Source: Eubacteriales bacterium
GTDB taxonomy: Bacteria; Bacillota; Clostridia; Oscillospirales; CAG-272
Direction: 5' to 3'
DNA: 64,000 nt
Assembly: GCA_045588675.1 (NCBI GenBank)
Contig: JAZNER010000016.1
Location: 27,488 to 91,487 of the forward strand
Shown: positions 20,013 through 29,387 of the stretch, in pieces
Layout of the letters: the number at the start of each line of letters is the position of its first letter
Position numbering within the stretch: the stretch's first letter is position 1
Position numbers and translations under genes: made by a program
The notes under the pieces: model-generated
The model's input: only the letters and a program-made list of their open reading frames with translations
What the model was told of the DNA's origin: nothing
The model's database searches: none

Positions 20013-21665
20013 TTACCTTTTATTTTTAATTGATTTTTCAAGCAATTCCAAAAACTCCGTTTTTTCGGGATATTCCGAGAGGTCAAGTGACTGCAAATCT
20101 TCAATCACGCTCTCAATCGTGATGTCCCCGATATATTCACTGTTGTGCAAAAGCATAGTCGTTTGAATTACACAAAGCATAAATTTAACATCATCATTTG
20201 TGTCACCAAGCTCTCTTGCGCCGATTGAATATTCATTGAGCAGGCTTATCGGCTCACCGGGATTTTTATATCTTACGGCAAGCTTTATCCATTCTGTACC
20301 CTCTGCACTGTCATTCCACATATTAACGCCATCGTTAAATGTAATCTCATAGCAGACTGTCACCTGATGAGAAGCTCCGACCTCGCCCGCGTCCTTTGTA
20401 TCGTCCTCAAAATCCTCAGTGTCCAGAAGTCTGTTTTCATAGCCAATCAAGCGGTATGAGCTTACATAATCCTTATCAAAGGTAAGCTGCATTTTTACAT
20501 CCTCTGCAACCGTGTAAAGAGTGCCAAGCAGGTCTGTTCCCATAACTCTCTCTGCCTCGCTCTCACCGTCAATATAGTAATAAACGCCATTACCGTGGTC
20601 TGCAATCGCTTCCATATTGGCATCGCGGTAGTTGCCTGTGCCAAAGCCTAAAACTGACAGGTAAACGCCCTGACCTCTCTTTTGCTCAACATAATTCTGA
20701 AGCTCCTCTGCTGAGGAAATTCCAACATTGAGGTCGCCGTCAGACGCCATGATTATACGGTTATTTCCGCCCTCAATAAAATGCTTTTCGGCAATTCTGT
20801 ACGCCTCTGTAAGTCCTGCCTCGCCGTTAGTTGAACCTGACGCGTTAAGACTGTTGATAGCAGCCATAATCTTCTCTGATTTATTGCCCTCACAGCCATC
20901 AAGCACGACCTGCTCCCTGCCCGAATAGGTTACAATAGAAACTCTGTCCTTTTCGCTTAAGCTTCCAACAAGAGTTGAGAATGCCTTTTTGAGCAAGGGC
21001 AGCTTATCCTCAGAGCGCATAGAACCCGAAACATCTATCAGGAAAACAAGATTGTTGCCTTCGCTTACAGTTGCTTCCTCTGCCTTGAGGGTGAGGCGCA
21101 AAACATACGAGCTCTCGTTCCAGGGACACGCTACTATATCTGTTGTAACACCGAAAAGCTCGTTATCCCTGGGGCTTTGAACATCATATTTAAAATAGTT
21201 AATAAACTCCTCTGTTCTGAACGCCGAAGAGGAATTTGCAAGCTCGCGCCAGCGATATCCCTGATTTATCAGCTTTCGGAAATAGGTATATGAAGCCGTG
21301 TCAACATCCGCAGAAAAGGTAGAAATGTTGTTTTCAGCCGTGTTAATAAAGGGATTTTCTTTCCAAATCGGGAAATAAGGGGTATCGATATATATATCTG
21401 CCTCTGTCTTATTTTCGTCTTCGCTCGGAGCTTCAGGATATATTGCCTCATCGCTATCAGACTTTTCTGCCTCAGCATAAATATAATCTTTCAACCCTGC
21501 CTGAGAGCTGCCGCTTTGTGAGAAGCTCGGATTATTATAAATCCCGTTGCCGCCGTCGGCAATACCGCCTAACGACTCGTCCTTCGTTGCCGCGTTACAA
21601 GCTGCGAATGAAATCGCAAGCATAAAAACCAACAATAACGATAAAATTCTAACTGTTTTTTTCAT
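20013..21665 (-). CDS. vWA-domain lipoprotein (YfbK-like)
   Basis: Start reassigned to MKKTVRIL (ATG 21665); lipobox FAAC; STFSADVDTASY, MIDAS DVSGS, SDGDLNVG, YRLIGYENR and DDTKDAGE. Confidence 0.88.
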   Translation of the reverse strand: MKKTVRILSLLLVFMLAISFAACNAATKDESLGGIADGGNGIYNNPSFSQSGSSQAGLKDYIYAEAEKSDSDEAIYPEAPSEDENKTEADIYIDTPYFPIWKENPFINTAENNISTFSADVDTASYTYFRKLINQGYRWRELANSSSAFRTEEFINYFKYDVQSPRDNELFGVTTDIVACPWNESSYVLRLTLKAEEATVSEGNNLVFLIDVSGSMRSEDKLPLLKKAFSTLVGSLSEKDRVSIVTYSGREQVVLDGCEGNKSEKIMAAINSLNASGSTNGEAGLTEAYRIAEKHFIEGGNNRIIMASDGDLNVGISSAEELQNYVEQKRGQGVYLSVLGFGTGNYRDANMEAIADHGNGVYYYIDGESEAERVMGTDLLGTLYTVAEDVKMQLTFDKDYVSSYRLIGYENRLLDTEDFEDDTKDAGEVGASHQVTVCYEITFNDGVNMWNDSAEGTEWIKLAVRYKNPGEPISLLNEYSIGARELGDTNDDVKFMLCVIQTTMLLHNSEYIGDITIESVIEDLQSLDLSEYPEKTEFLELLEKSIKNKR

Positions 21666-21708
21666 TGTGTAACCATCCTTTCTATCGGTCATCCCGATAT
21701 TAAAAGCA

Positions 21709-22341
21709 TTATTGCAGAGCTTCAAGAAGTATCTGCACGAACTTTTCCTCGGGGATAATCTCTGCCTCGTAATCAAAAATCTCGCCCGAAATGTTGCCAT
21801 CTGTCTGTTTCAGATACGGAGAGGTCACTTTGCCGTCGCCGTAAAGCACCCAGACCTTGTAATTAAGTGTTGGAGAGGACACTCCCGTCTGCACACCGTT
21901 GCCCATTTCTTCCTTGAGCATCTCAATCTCGCTTGACTTAAGTCCTTGACTTACATAGTATCCGCTCTCCCCGATATTCTGCCAGACAATGTGTGCGCAG
22001 TCAGAGAAATACGGCAGCTCTTCACTTGAATTGACAAGCCTTCCGTCAAATAACCTTTGAGATTTATTTTCAAGGAAAAGCGCTTCAACCGATTGGATTT
22101 TAAACTCCTCTCGGTCGAGCGTGCCCTCTCCCTTGTTGCCGACGAAAAGATTTAATCTTGAAATAAGATTGCCACCTACCGTCAATGCGAACACAAGAGT
22201 AACGGCTGCCGCTATGAGCCAAGTCCTCGACAGACTTTTTCGTTTTGACCTGTACTCTATCGCCTCGGCAATTAACGCATCGTCAAGCTCGCCGATTTCG
22301 CGGAGCAGATATTCGGTTTTTTGCTTTTTTAAGTTTTTCAT
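21709..22341 (-). CDS. Putative single-TM anti-sigma factor
   Basis: IGELDDALIAEA N-terminus and one TM helix (WLIAAAVTLVFALTVG); overlaps the ECF sigma stop codon. Confidence 0.7.
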   Translation of the reverse strand: MKNLKKQKTEYLLREIGELDDALIAEAIEYRSKRKSLSRTWLIAAAVTLVFALTVGGNLISRLNLFVGNKGEGTLDREEFKIQSVEALFLENKSQRLFDGRLVNSSEELPYFSDCAHIVWQNIGESGYYVSQGLKSSEIEMLKEEMGNGVQTGVSSPTLNYKVWVLYGDGKVTSPYLKQTDGNISGEIFDYEAEIIPEEKFVQILLEALQ

Positions 22342-22889
22342 AATAAACCCTGCCCCTCTAAATATTTTTGCAAGCTCTGCCTTGTGCGGAAAAGAGTAGT
22401 TTTGATTTTTGCCTCTCCTATGCCCATCTGAAAAGCAATTTCTCCGATTGACTTTGAATAAAAGTAACGCAGAATAAACATTACTCTTTTTTCCTTATCA
22501 AGCGAATACAAAAAGCTGTTAAGAGCATCTTTCAGCCTGCCGTTTTCAAAATCAAAATCCGAGCTCTCTCGGTCGGGAATAATGTCGGACAATTCCATAG
22601 AGATATTGTCAATTCCGCCTCTTTTTTCGCTGTGCAGGCGTCTGTAGCGGTCAATCGAAATCCTACGGGTGATTTTGGAAAGAAATGCTCCGAGATAGGT
22701 CGGTCTTGCATCGGGCATAGCTCCCCAAGCGTCAAGATATGTGTCGTTGACACATTCCTCTGCGTCCTCGTGCGAGTAAAGCAAGGAATATGACAGTGAT
22801 GTAAGCATTCGGCCGTACTTTGTGTCTGATTCCCGAATGGCTCTCTCATCTCGCGCCCAATATAAATCAACTATTTTGGTGTCTTCCAT
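22338..22889 (-). CDS. ECF-family RNA polymerase sigma factor
   Basis: Likely start MEDTKIVDLY (ATG 22889); region 2 EDAEECVNDTY; region 4 FILRYFYSKSIGEIA..KTTLFRTR. Confidence 0.93.
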   Translation of the reverse strand: MEDTKIVDLYWARDERAIRESDTKYGRMLTSLSYSLLYSHEDAEECVNDTYLDAWGAMPDARPTYLGAFLSKITRRISIDRYRRLHSEKRGGIDNISMELSDIIPDRESSDFDFENGRLKDALNSFLYSLDKEKRVMFILRYFYSKSIGEIAFQMGIGEAKIKTTLFRTRQSLQKYLEGQGLL

Positions 22890-22952
22890 AGTCTTTACCT
22901 TTGTCGGTGAGCATCGCCGACCTCCTCTCTTACTTCGGCCTTCATACAATAT

Positions 22953-22978
22953 GTCGCAAAATTTTTTCAAAGGTTACA
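22953..22978 (-). promoter_or_regulatory. Candidate ECF-type autoregulatory promoter
   Basis: Minus strand TGTAACC-15 nt-CGAC, matching the general ECF AAC / CG pattern, about 65 nt upstream of the sigma start. Confidence 0.6.
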
Positions 22979-23103
22979 CATTTTTGGAAAAATTTTTGTT
23001 TTTTATGAAAGCTATATGAAAATGATACCATAAAACAAAATTTGTGTCAATATGTTCAGTTCTATTCATTCAATAAAACAGTGTACAGGAAAGCTGAGAT
23101 CAA

Positions 23104-23153
23104 ACAAAAAAACAAGGTCGGACAAGCATTTTTTCACTTATCCAACCTTGTTT
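23104..23153 (-). terminator. Intrinsic terminator after metG
   Basis: ACAAGGTCGGACAAG...CTTATCCAACCTTGT imperfect stem flanked by A/T runs. Confidence 0.7.
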
Positions 23154-23164
23154 TATTTTAAAAA

Positions 23165-25141
23165 TTATCTTACTCTTTCACCGAGAGGTGTATCTTTATC
23201 AAGGAATACGACGCGGACTGTTTCCTCACCCGACGCTAAAATCATACCGTTTGACTCAATACCGCATAGGGTCGCGGGCTTCAAGTTTGCAACGACAATA
23301 ATCTTCTTGCCAATCAAAGCCTCAGGCTCGTACCATTTCGCAATACCCGAAACGACCTGCCTTTGCTCATAGCCAAGGTCAACCTTAAGCTTTAAAAGCT
23401 TTTTAGCCTTCGGCACCTTTTCACATTCAAGGATTTTTGCGGTTCGAAGCTCAACTGACATAAAGTCCTCAATTCCTATAATAGCACAGTCCTCAGGCTT
23501 TTCGGGAACTTCGTTAGCCTTAGCTTCCGCCTCGGCCTTTTTTCTCTTTTCTTCCATTTCAGCTTCAAGCATAGAGAGCATCTTTGCCTCGTCAATTCTT
23601 GCGAAAAGCACCTTCGAATCGCAAACAGCTCTTCCCGCCTCTATTCCGGAGAATTTGTCGGCTGTGCCGATTGTATCAAACGCCGTCTTGTCTGTGCCGA
23701 GCTGAGATAAAATCTCCTCTGCTGTCGCAGGGATAAACGGCGTAAGCATTACAGCTCCCCAACGGATTGCTTCAAGCAAATTGTAAAGAACTGTGCCAAG
23801 TCGTGCCGACCGGCTCTCGTCCTTGGCAAGTGTCCAAGGAGTAGTTTCGTCAATGTATTTGTTTGCGCGGGAGAGCATTTCAAACACACATTCAAGCGCA
23901 TCTGCAATTCTCCAGGCATCCATATTCTTAATTACGCCGTCATAAGCCTTAACACAAGCGGAAATCAGCTCGTCATCGAGCACCTCTTTCTCCAGAGGAG
24001 CCTGAATTGTCTTGTCAAAATACTTCTTCTGCATATCAAGCGTACGCTTAACAAGGTTTCCGAGATTGTTTACAAGGTCTGTGTTAAATCTCTTGATTAC
24101 AGACTCATAGGTAATACTTCCGTCAGTTGCATACGGCATCTCGGCAAGAGCATAATAACGCACCCCGTCAACGCCGAAGCGGTCTGCAAGCTCGTCTGCA
24201 TAAATAACATTTCCGCGTGACTTTGACATTTTGTCAGCGCCGAAGTTAAACCAAGGATGGCCGAAAATCTGCTTGGGCAGGGGCAGGTCAAGCGCCATTA
24301 AGAATATAGGCCAATAAATCGTGTGGAAGCGTAAAATATCCTTTCCGATAATGTGCACATCACACGGCCAATATTTTTTGAAATGCTCGCTCTGCTCCTC
24401 AAATGATTTGTCGGGGTCGTAGCCAAGAGCCGTAATATAGTTTGTAAGCGCATCAAGCCAAACATAGATAACATGCTTACTGTCAAAATCAACGGGAATT
24501 CCCCACTTAAACGAGGTTCTCGAAACGCAAAGGTCCTGAAGTCCTGCCTTGAGGAAGTTGTTTACCATTTCCTTTTTTCTTGATTCGGGAGAAATAAAAT
24601 CAGGATTTTCCTCAATATGCTTTATAAGTCTGTCAACATATTTGGTCATTTTGAAGAAGTATGCTTCCTCACTTGCTCTCTGCACCTCGCGTCCGCAGTC
24701 AGGGCATTTGCCGCCCTCTGCCTGAGTGTCGGTAAAGAAGGACTCACAGGGAGTGCAGTACCAGCCCTCATATGTGCTCTTGTAAATATCGCCATTCTTA
24801 TAGAATTTTGTGAAGATTTTGCTGACAGCCTTCTCGTGATAGTCATCAGTCGTACGAATAAAATAATCGTAGCTTGAATTCATTTTATCCCAAACGCCCT
24901 TGATTTCCTCTGCAACGCCATCAACATACTGCTTGGGTGTAATGCCCGCGTCAAGCGCAAGATTTTCAATCTTCTGACCGTGCTCGTCTGTACCCGTGCA
25001 GAAGAATACATCATATCCGCGCGCTCTCTTATATCTCGCAATCGCATCAGTTGCTATAACCTCATATGTGTTTCCGAAGTGAGGCTTGCGCGAAGCGTAA
25101 GCAATCGCCGTTGTAATATAAAACTTCTCTTTGTTTGCCAT
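23165..25141 (-). CDS. metG: Methionyl-tRNA synthetase with C-terminal tRNA-binding domain
   Basis: HFGN (HIGH-like), GTDEHGQKI, Zn knuckle CTPC..CPDC, YVWLDAL, GKDILRFH, KMSKS and C-terminal OB domain. Confidence 0.97.
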   Translation of the reverse strand: MANKEKFYITTAIAYASRKPHFGNTYEVIATDAIARYKRARGYDVFFCTGTDEHGQKIENLALDAGITPKQYVDGVAEEIKGVWDKMNSSYDYFIRTTDDYHEKAVSKIFTKFYKNGDIYKSTYEGWYCTPCESFFTDTQAEGGKCPDCGREVQRASEEAYFFKMTKYVDRLIKHIEENPDFISPESRKKEMVNNFLKAGLQDLCVSRTSFKWGIPVDFDSKHVIYVWLDALTNYITALGYDPDKSFEEQSEHFKKYWPCDVHIIGKDILRFHTIYWPIFLMALDLPLPKQIFGHPWFNFGADKMSKSRGNVIYADELADRFGVDGVRYYALAEMPYATDGSITYESVIKRFNTDLVNNLGNLVKRTLDMQKKYFDKTIQAPLEKEVLDDELISACVKAYDGVIKNMDAWRIADALECVFEMLSRANKYIDETTPWTLAKDESRSARLGTVLYNLLEAIRWGAVMLTPFIPATAEEILSQLGTDKTAFDTIGTADKFSGIEAGRAVCDSKVLFARIDEAKMLSMLEAEMEEKRKKAEAEAKANEVPEKPEDCAIIGIEDFMSVELRTAKILECEKVPKAKKLLKLKVDLGYEQRQVVSGIAKWYEPEALIGKKIIVVANLKPATLCGIESNGMILASGEETVRVVFLDKDTPLGERVR

Positions 25142-25598
25142 TTCCTTTACCTTACGCGCCGAATGGGGCGCGCCTTTCTAAAAGTTGTCTTCATTATATT
25201 ATAAATATATAAAACCATTTTTCACACTCAAAGGCACCACTGGCCAAAGAATGATTTTCACATAAATATCGAATGTTTTAACCGACATTTATGACAAAAT
25301 AAGCAATACATAATTTATTATACCAAATTTTTCAATTTATTACAATAGGTATTTAAAATTTTTTTAAAATACCCTTAAATTATGCCAGAAACACAAGGAA
25401 AAAGTGACAAAATTTTGTCAATGTCGAGGCGGGCAAAAAATGGAAGTTTTTTGAAATATTGCATAAAATTAGGTGTTGAATGTTAATAAAATATCACAAT
25501 CCTATGATAATTTTTTATCAGTGGCATTTTTATAAAAAAATTTGTCAAAAAGCCCATAAATTTCGTACACAATTCACATTCTGTTTAAAATAAACCTA

Positions 25599-25627
25599 TT
25601 GCAATTTTGCAAAAAATTTGTTATAAT
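25599..25627 (+). promoter_or_regulatory. Sigma-A promoter of the microcompartment operon
   Basis: TTGCAA(25599)-17 nt-TATAAT(25622) with extended TG; about 125-nt leader before the kinase ATG. Confidence 0.8.
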
Positions 25628-25759
25628 TATTATTGAAGGATGTTTTTCCGTATTGCTTCAAATAATACCCAAAAGCGTCAAAACATTTCAACAAAACTTC
25701 GGCCCTCGACATCTGTGCAGATGCTTTGGAAGGTACGAGGAAAGGACAGGTCAATACAT

Positions 25760-26953
25760 ATGAAAATTCTGGTTATCAACGCCGGAAGCAGCTCGCTTAA
25801 GTATCAGCTTTTTGATATGGAGGACGGCTCGGTTTTAGCTAAAGGCCTATGTGAAAAAATAGGACTTAGCGGTGCTATTACTCACAAGCGCCCGGGAAAA
25901 GAAAACTACGAGGCTGATTACCCAATGCCTACTCACAATGAGGCAATTGCGCTCGTTTTGAAGCTTCTCACAGATCCCGAGCTTGGAGTGATTTCAAGCG
26001 TGGATGAAATTTCCGCAGTAGGACACAGATTTGCTCACGGAGGCAAGCTCAATAAGTCTTGCATTCTCGGTGACGAGGAAATCAACTACATCACATCCAT
26101 TATCCCAATCAACCCCCTACACGGCCCCCCTGCACTCAAGGGCGTTTCGGCTTGTAAATCATTGATGCCGAATATTCCTCATATCGGTGTATTTGACACC
26201 TCCTTCTATTCAGGATTCGAAAAGAAATCCTACATCTACCCTCTTCCCTACGAGTGGTATGAAAAATACGGTGTTCGCCGTTACGGCTTCCACGGAACAT
26301 CACACCGCTTTGTTTCAGCAAAGGCTTGTGAGTTCTTGGGCCTTGACTATAACAAATCAAAGATAGTATCCTGCCATATAGGCTCCGGCTCCTCAATCAC
26401 AGCTGTTGATTGCGGCCGTGCAGTCGACACCTCTATGGGCTTCACTCCTCAGGAGGGACTTCCTATGGGTACAAGATGCGGAACAATTGACCCCTCTATT
26501 ATCGCCTATGTTTGTGAGCAAAGCGGAATGAGCGTTGCAGAGGTTAACGATGCATTGAACAAGAAATCCGGACTTCTTGGAGTTTCGGGTGTTTCAAACG
26601 ATGCTCGAGATGTTTGGGCTGCCGCTGAAAAAGGAAATGAGCGCGCTAAGCTCGCTATGGACTTGCTTGTTCACAACGCGAAGAAGATCATCGGCTCTTA
26701 CGTTGCCGAAATGAACGGCATTGACGTTCTTATCTTCACAGCAGGTCTTGGAGAAAACGACAGGCTTGCCCGTCAATATATCGCCGACAACATGCAGTAT
26801 CTTGGCATTGAGCTTGACAAGGATGCAAACATGAACGGCCCCAGAGGCGAGAATATCGTTATCAGTACTCCTGACTCTCGTGTTAAGGTTGTAGTAATTC
26901 CGACAGACGAAGAATATATGATAGCGTCGGATACCTACGACATAGTTAAATAA
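25760..26953 (+). CDS. Acetate/propionate kinase (PduW/TdcD-like)
   Basis: Start MKILVINAGSSSLK at ATG 25760 after an AAAGGA RBS; GHRFAHGG, RRYGFHGTSH, DTSMGFTP, FTAGLGEN and PTDEE. Confidence 0.93.
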   Translation: MKILVINAGSSSLKYQLFDMEDGSVLAKGLCEKIGLSGAITHKRPGKENYEADYPMPTHNEAIALVLKLLTDPELGVISSVDEISAVGHRFAHGGKLNKSCILGDEEINYITSIIPINPLHGPPALKGVSACKSLMPNIPHIGVFDTSFYSGFEKKSYIYPLPYEWYEKYGVRRYGFHGTSHRFVSAKACEFLGLDYNKSKIVSCHIGSGSSITAVDCGRAVDTSMGFTPQEGLPMGTRCGTIDPSIIAYVCEQSGMSVAEVNDALNKKSGLLGVSGVSNDARDVWAAAEKGNERAKLAMDLLVHNAKKIIGSYVAEMNGIDVLIFTAGLGENDRLARQYIADNMQYLGIELDKDANMNGPRGENIVISTPDSRVKVVVIPTDEEYMIASDTYDIVK

Positions 26954-27010
26954 GCCAACAATTAAAGTTGTAATAAAAAATTGTATATATTTAAGAAAGG
27001 ATTTTTTAAA

Positions 27011-27832
27011 ATGGCACAATCACCTTTTGAAATCAAAAAAGAAATCTGCGACATTGGTAAAAGAATTTACGACCACGGATTCGTTGCAGCAAATGACGGA
27101 AACATTTCCGTAAAAGTAGGCCCTAACGAGTACTACTGCACACCTACAGGCGTATCAAAGGGATATATGACCCCTGATATGATCATCAAGGTTGACGCTA
27201 ACGGTAATAAGATCGAAGGTCGCCTTAATCCCTCATCTGAAATCAAGATGCACATGAGAGTTTATCAGGAGCGTCCCGACGTTAACGCTGTTGTTCACGC
27301 TCACCCCCCTGTTGCAACTGCTTTCACAGTAGCAGGAATTGAACTTGATCAGTACATTCTCCCCGAGGCTATTTTGACAATCGGTAATGTTCCTACCTGT
27401 GACTACGGTATGCCTTCCACAATGGAAATTCCCGATTCTCTTATGCCTTATATCCAGAAGCACGACGCTTTCCTTTTGAAGAACCACGGTGCGCTCACAG
27501 TTGGTAACACACTTATCCGCGCTTGCTTCACAATGGAAGAGGTTGAATTCAATGCAAAGATCAACCTTTACGCTCGTCAGATCGGCGTAGGCAAAAATGC
27601 TAATATTGAAGAGATTTCTTGCGTAGAGCTTGAAAGACTTATGGAGCTTCGTAAGAAGATGGGGCTTCCCGGTAAGCACCCCGGATGCAAAACTTGTCCT
27701 AACAACGGCACATCTAATTGCAAGTGCAAGACAGAAGGCGGCAGCTGCTCATGCGGCTCTCACTCTGCTCCCGCAGGTGACGACCTCGTATCTGACATTA
27801 CAAGAAAAGTTCTCGCCGCTCTCGGCAAGTAA
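27011..27832 (+). CDS. Class II aldolase (fuculose/rhamnulose-1-phosphate aldolase-like) with C-terminal encapsulation peptide
   Basis: DGNIS, TPTG, PSSEIKMH, VHAHPP and LKNHG Zn motifs; C-terminal amphipathic DDLVSDITRKVLAALGK. Confidence 0.9.
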   Translation: MAQSPFEIKKEICDIGKRIYDHGFVAANDGNISVKVGPNEYYCTPTGVSKGYMTPDMIIKVDANGNKIEGRLNPSSEIKMHMRVYQERPDVNAVVHAHPPVATAFTVAGIELDQYILPEAILTIGNVPTCDYGMPSTMEIPDSLMPYIQKHDAFLLKNHGALTVGNTLIRACFTMEEVEFNAKINLYARQIGVGKNANIEEISCVELERLMELRKKMGLPGKHPGCKTCPNNGTSNCKCKTEGGSCSCGSHSAPAGDDLVSDITRKVLAALGK

Positions 27833-27897
27833 TTTTTAAAAACAAAAAAGTATAATCTTTTGTTTCAGAAATTAATTGAAAAGGAGCGTCCATAAAA

Positions 27898-29358
27898 ATG
27901 GTAAATAACCTCACAGAGGCACAAATCAATGCGATAGTCGCAAAGGTCGTGTCCGAGATTAAATCCCCTGCCTCAGCACCTGTCAGTGCGAAGGCCTGGG
28001 ATGCCACACAATACCACGGACGCAAGCTTATCGGCATTTACGAAACAATGGAAGAAGCCATTGAGGTAGCAAATGCAGGATATAAGGCTGTCCGTTCAAT
28101 GTCTGTGGCAGACAGAGAAAAAATTATTACGGCAATCAGAAATCTCACCAGAGCTGAAGCTCAGAATATGGCGGAGATCGGTGTTGCTGAAACAAAAATG
28201 GGTCGTGTTGACCACAAGTATGCAAAGCATATGCTTGTTGCCGACAAAACACCCGGAACCGAGGATATAGTTGAAGAGGCAAGAACAGGCGATTATGGCC
28301 TTACTCTTACCGAAATGGCTCCCTTCGGGGTTGTAGGAGCGATCACTCCTTCAACAAACCCATCAGAAACTGTTATTTGTAACAGTATCGGTATGATTGC
28401 CGCAGGTAACGGCGTTGTATTCAACCCCCATCCCGGCGCAATCGCAACATCAAACTATGCAGTTGACCTTGTAAACCGCGCAGTTTACGCAGCGGGCGGT
28501 CCGAAGGTTTTGGTTGCGAGTGTTGTTAAGCCTACGCTTGATACCGCTAACGTTATGTATAAGCACCCATCAATCAAGCTTCTTGTTTGTACGGGTGGTC
28601 CCGGAGTTGTAAGAGCAGTTCTCTCCTCCGGCAAAAAGGCAATTGGCGCAGGTGCGGGCAACCCTCCTGTTATAGTTGACGACACCGCTGATATTCAAAA
28701 GGCGGCAAAGGACATTATTGACGGCTGTACCTTTGATAACAACCTTCCCTGCATTGCTGAAAAGGAAGTTTTCGTTTTCAACAATGTTGCGGACAGACTT
28801 ATTGCAGGTATGCTTAAAAACGGTTGTATCTTGCTTACCCGTGAGCAAGCAGATAAGCTTGCTAAGGTCGTTCTGGTTGAAAAAACCGACAAGAACGGCA
28901 AGGTAAAGAAGATCGTAAACCGTGATTGTGTCGGTCGCGACTGCTCTGTAATCCTTGAAAAGATCGGAATTAAGGTTGGACCTGAGATCCGTTGCGCTAT
29001 CGCAGAGGTTCCCTTTGAGCACGACTTTATTCAGGAAGAGCTTATGATGCCAATTCTCGGCATTGTGCGTGTAAAGGATATTGACGAGGCGATCACTCTG
29101 GCTGTCAAGGCCGAGCACGGAAACCGTCACACCGCGCACATGCACTCAAAGAACATTGACAACCTTACCGCCTTCGCGCGCGCAGTTGAAACAACGATCT
29201 TTGTAAAGAATGCTCCCTCTTACGCCGGTATCGGATTTGGGGGCGAGGGACACACAACATTTACGATTGCAGGTCCCACAGGAGAAGGAATTACCTCCGC
29301 CCGCAGCTTTACAAGACGCCGCCGTTGCGTAATGGTTGACAGCTTCAGAATTATTTGA
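27898..29358 (+). CDS. CoA-acylating (propion)aldehyde dehydrogenase, PduP/EutE family
   Basis: ITPSTNP, TGGPGVV, AGAGNPP, DNNLPCIAEKE and ELMMP; N-terminal encapsulation helix EAQINAIVAKVVSEI. Confidence 0.94.
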   Translation: MVNNLTEAQINAIVAKVVSEIKSPASAPVSAKAWDATQYHGRKLIGIYETMEEAIEVANAGYKAVRSMSVADREKIITAIRNLTRAEAQNMAEIGVAETKMGRVDHKYAKHMLVADKTPGTEDIVEEARTGDYGLTLTEMAPFGVVGAITPSTNPSETVICNSIGMIAAGNGVVFNPHPGAIATSNYAVDLVNRAVYAAGGPKVLVASVVKPTLDTANVMYKHPSIKLLVCTGGPGVVRAVLSSGKKAIGAGAGNPPVIVDDTADIQKAAKDIIDGCTFDNNLPCIAEKEVFVFNNVADRLIAGMLKNGCILLTREQADKLAKVVLVEKTDKNGKVKKIVNRDCVGRDCSVILEKIGIKVGPEIRCAIAEVPFEHDFIQEELMMPILGIVRVKDIDEAITLAVKAEHGNRHTAHMHSKNIDNLTAFARAVETTIFVKNAPSYAGIGFGGEGHTTFTIAGPTGEGITSARSFTRRRRCVMVDSFRII

Positions 29359-29387
29359 TAGCAATATTATGAAAGGAAAATAAACAA

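Noticed and set aside
25142-25330. Met T-box or SAM riboswitch upstream of metG
   Set aside because: No T-box core (GGTGGnACC-like) or S-box core and no attenuator found on the minus strand.
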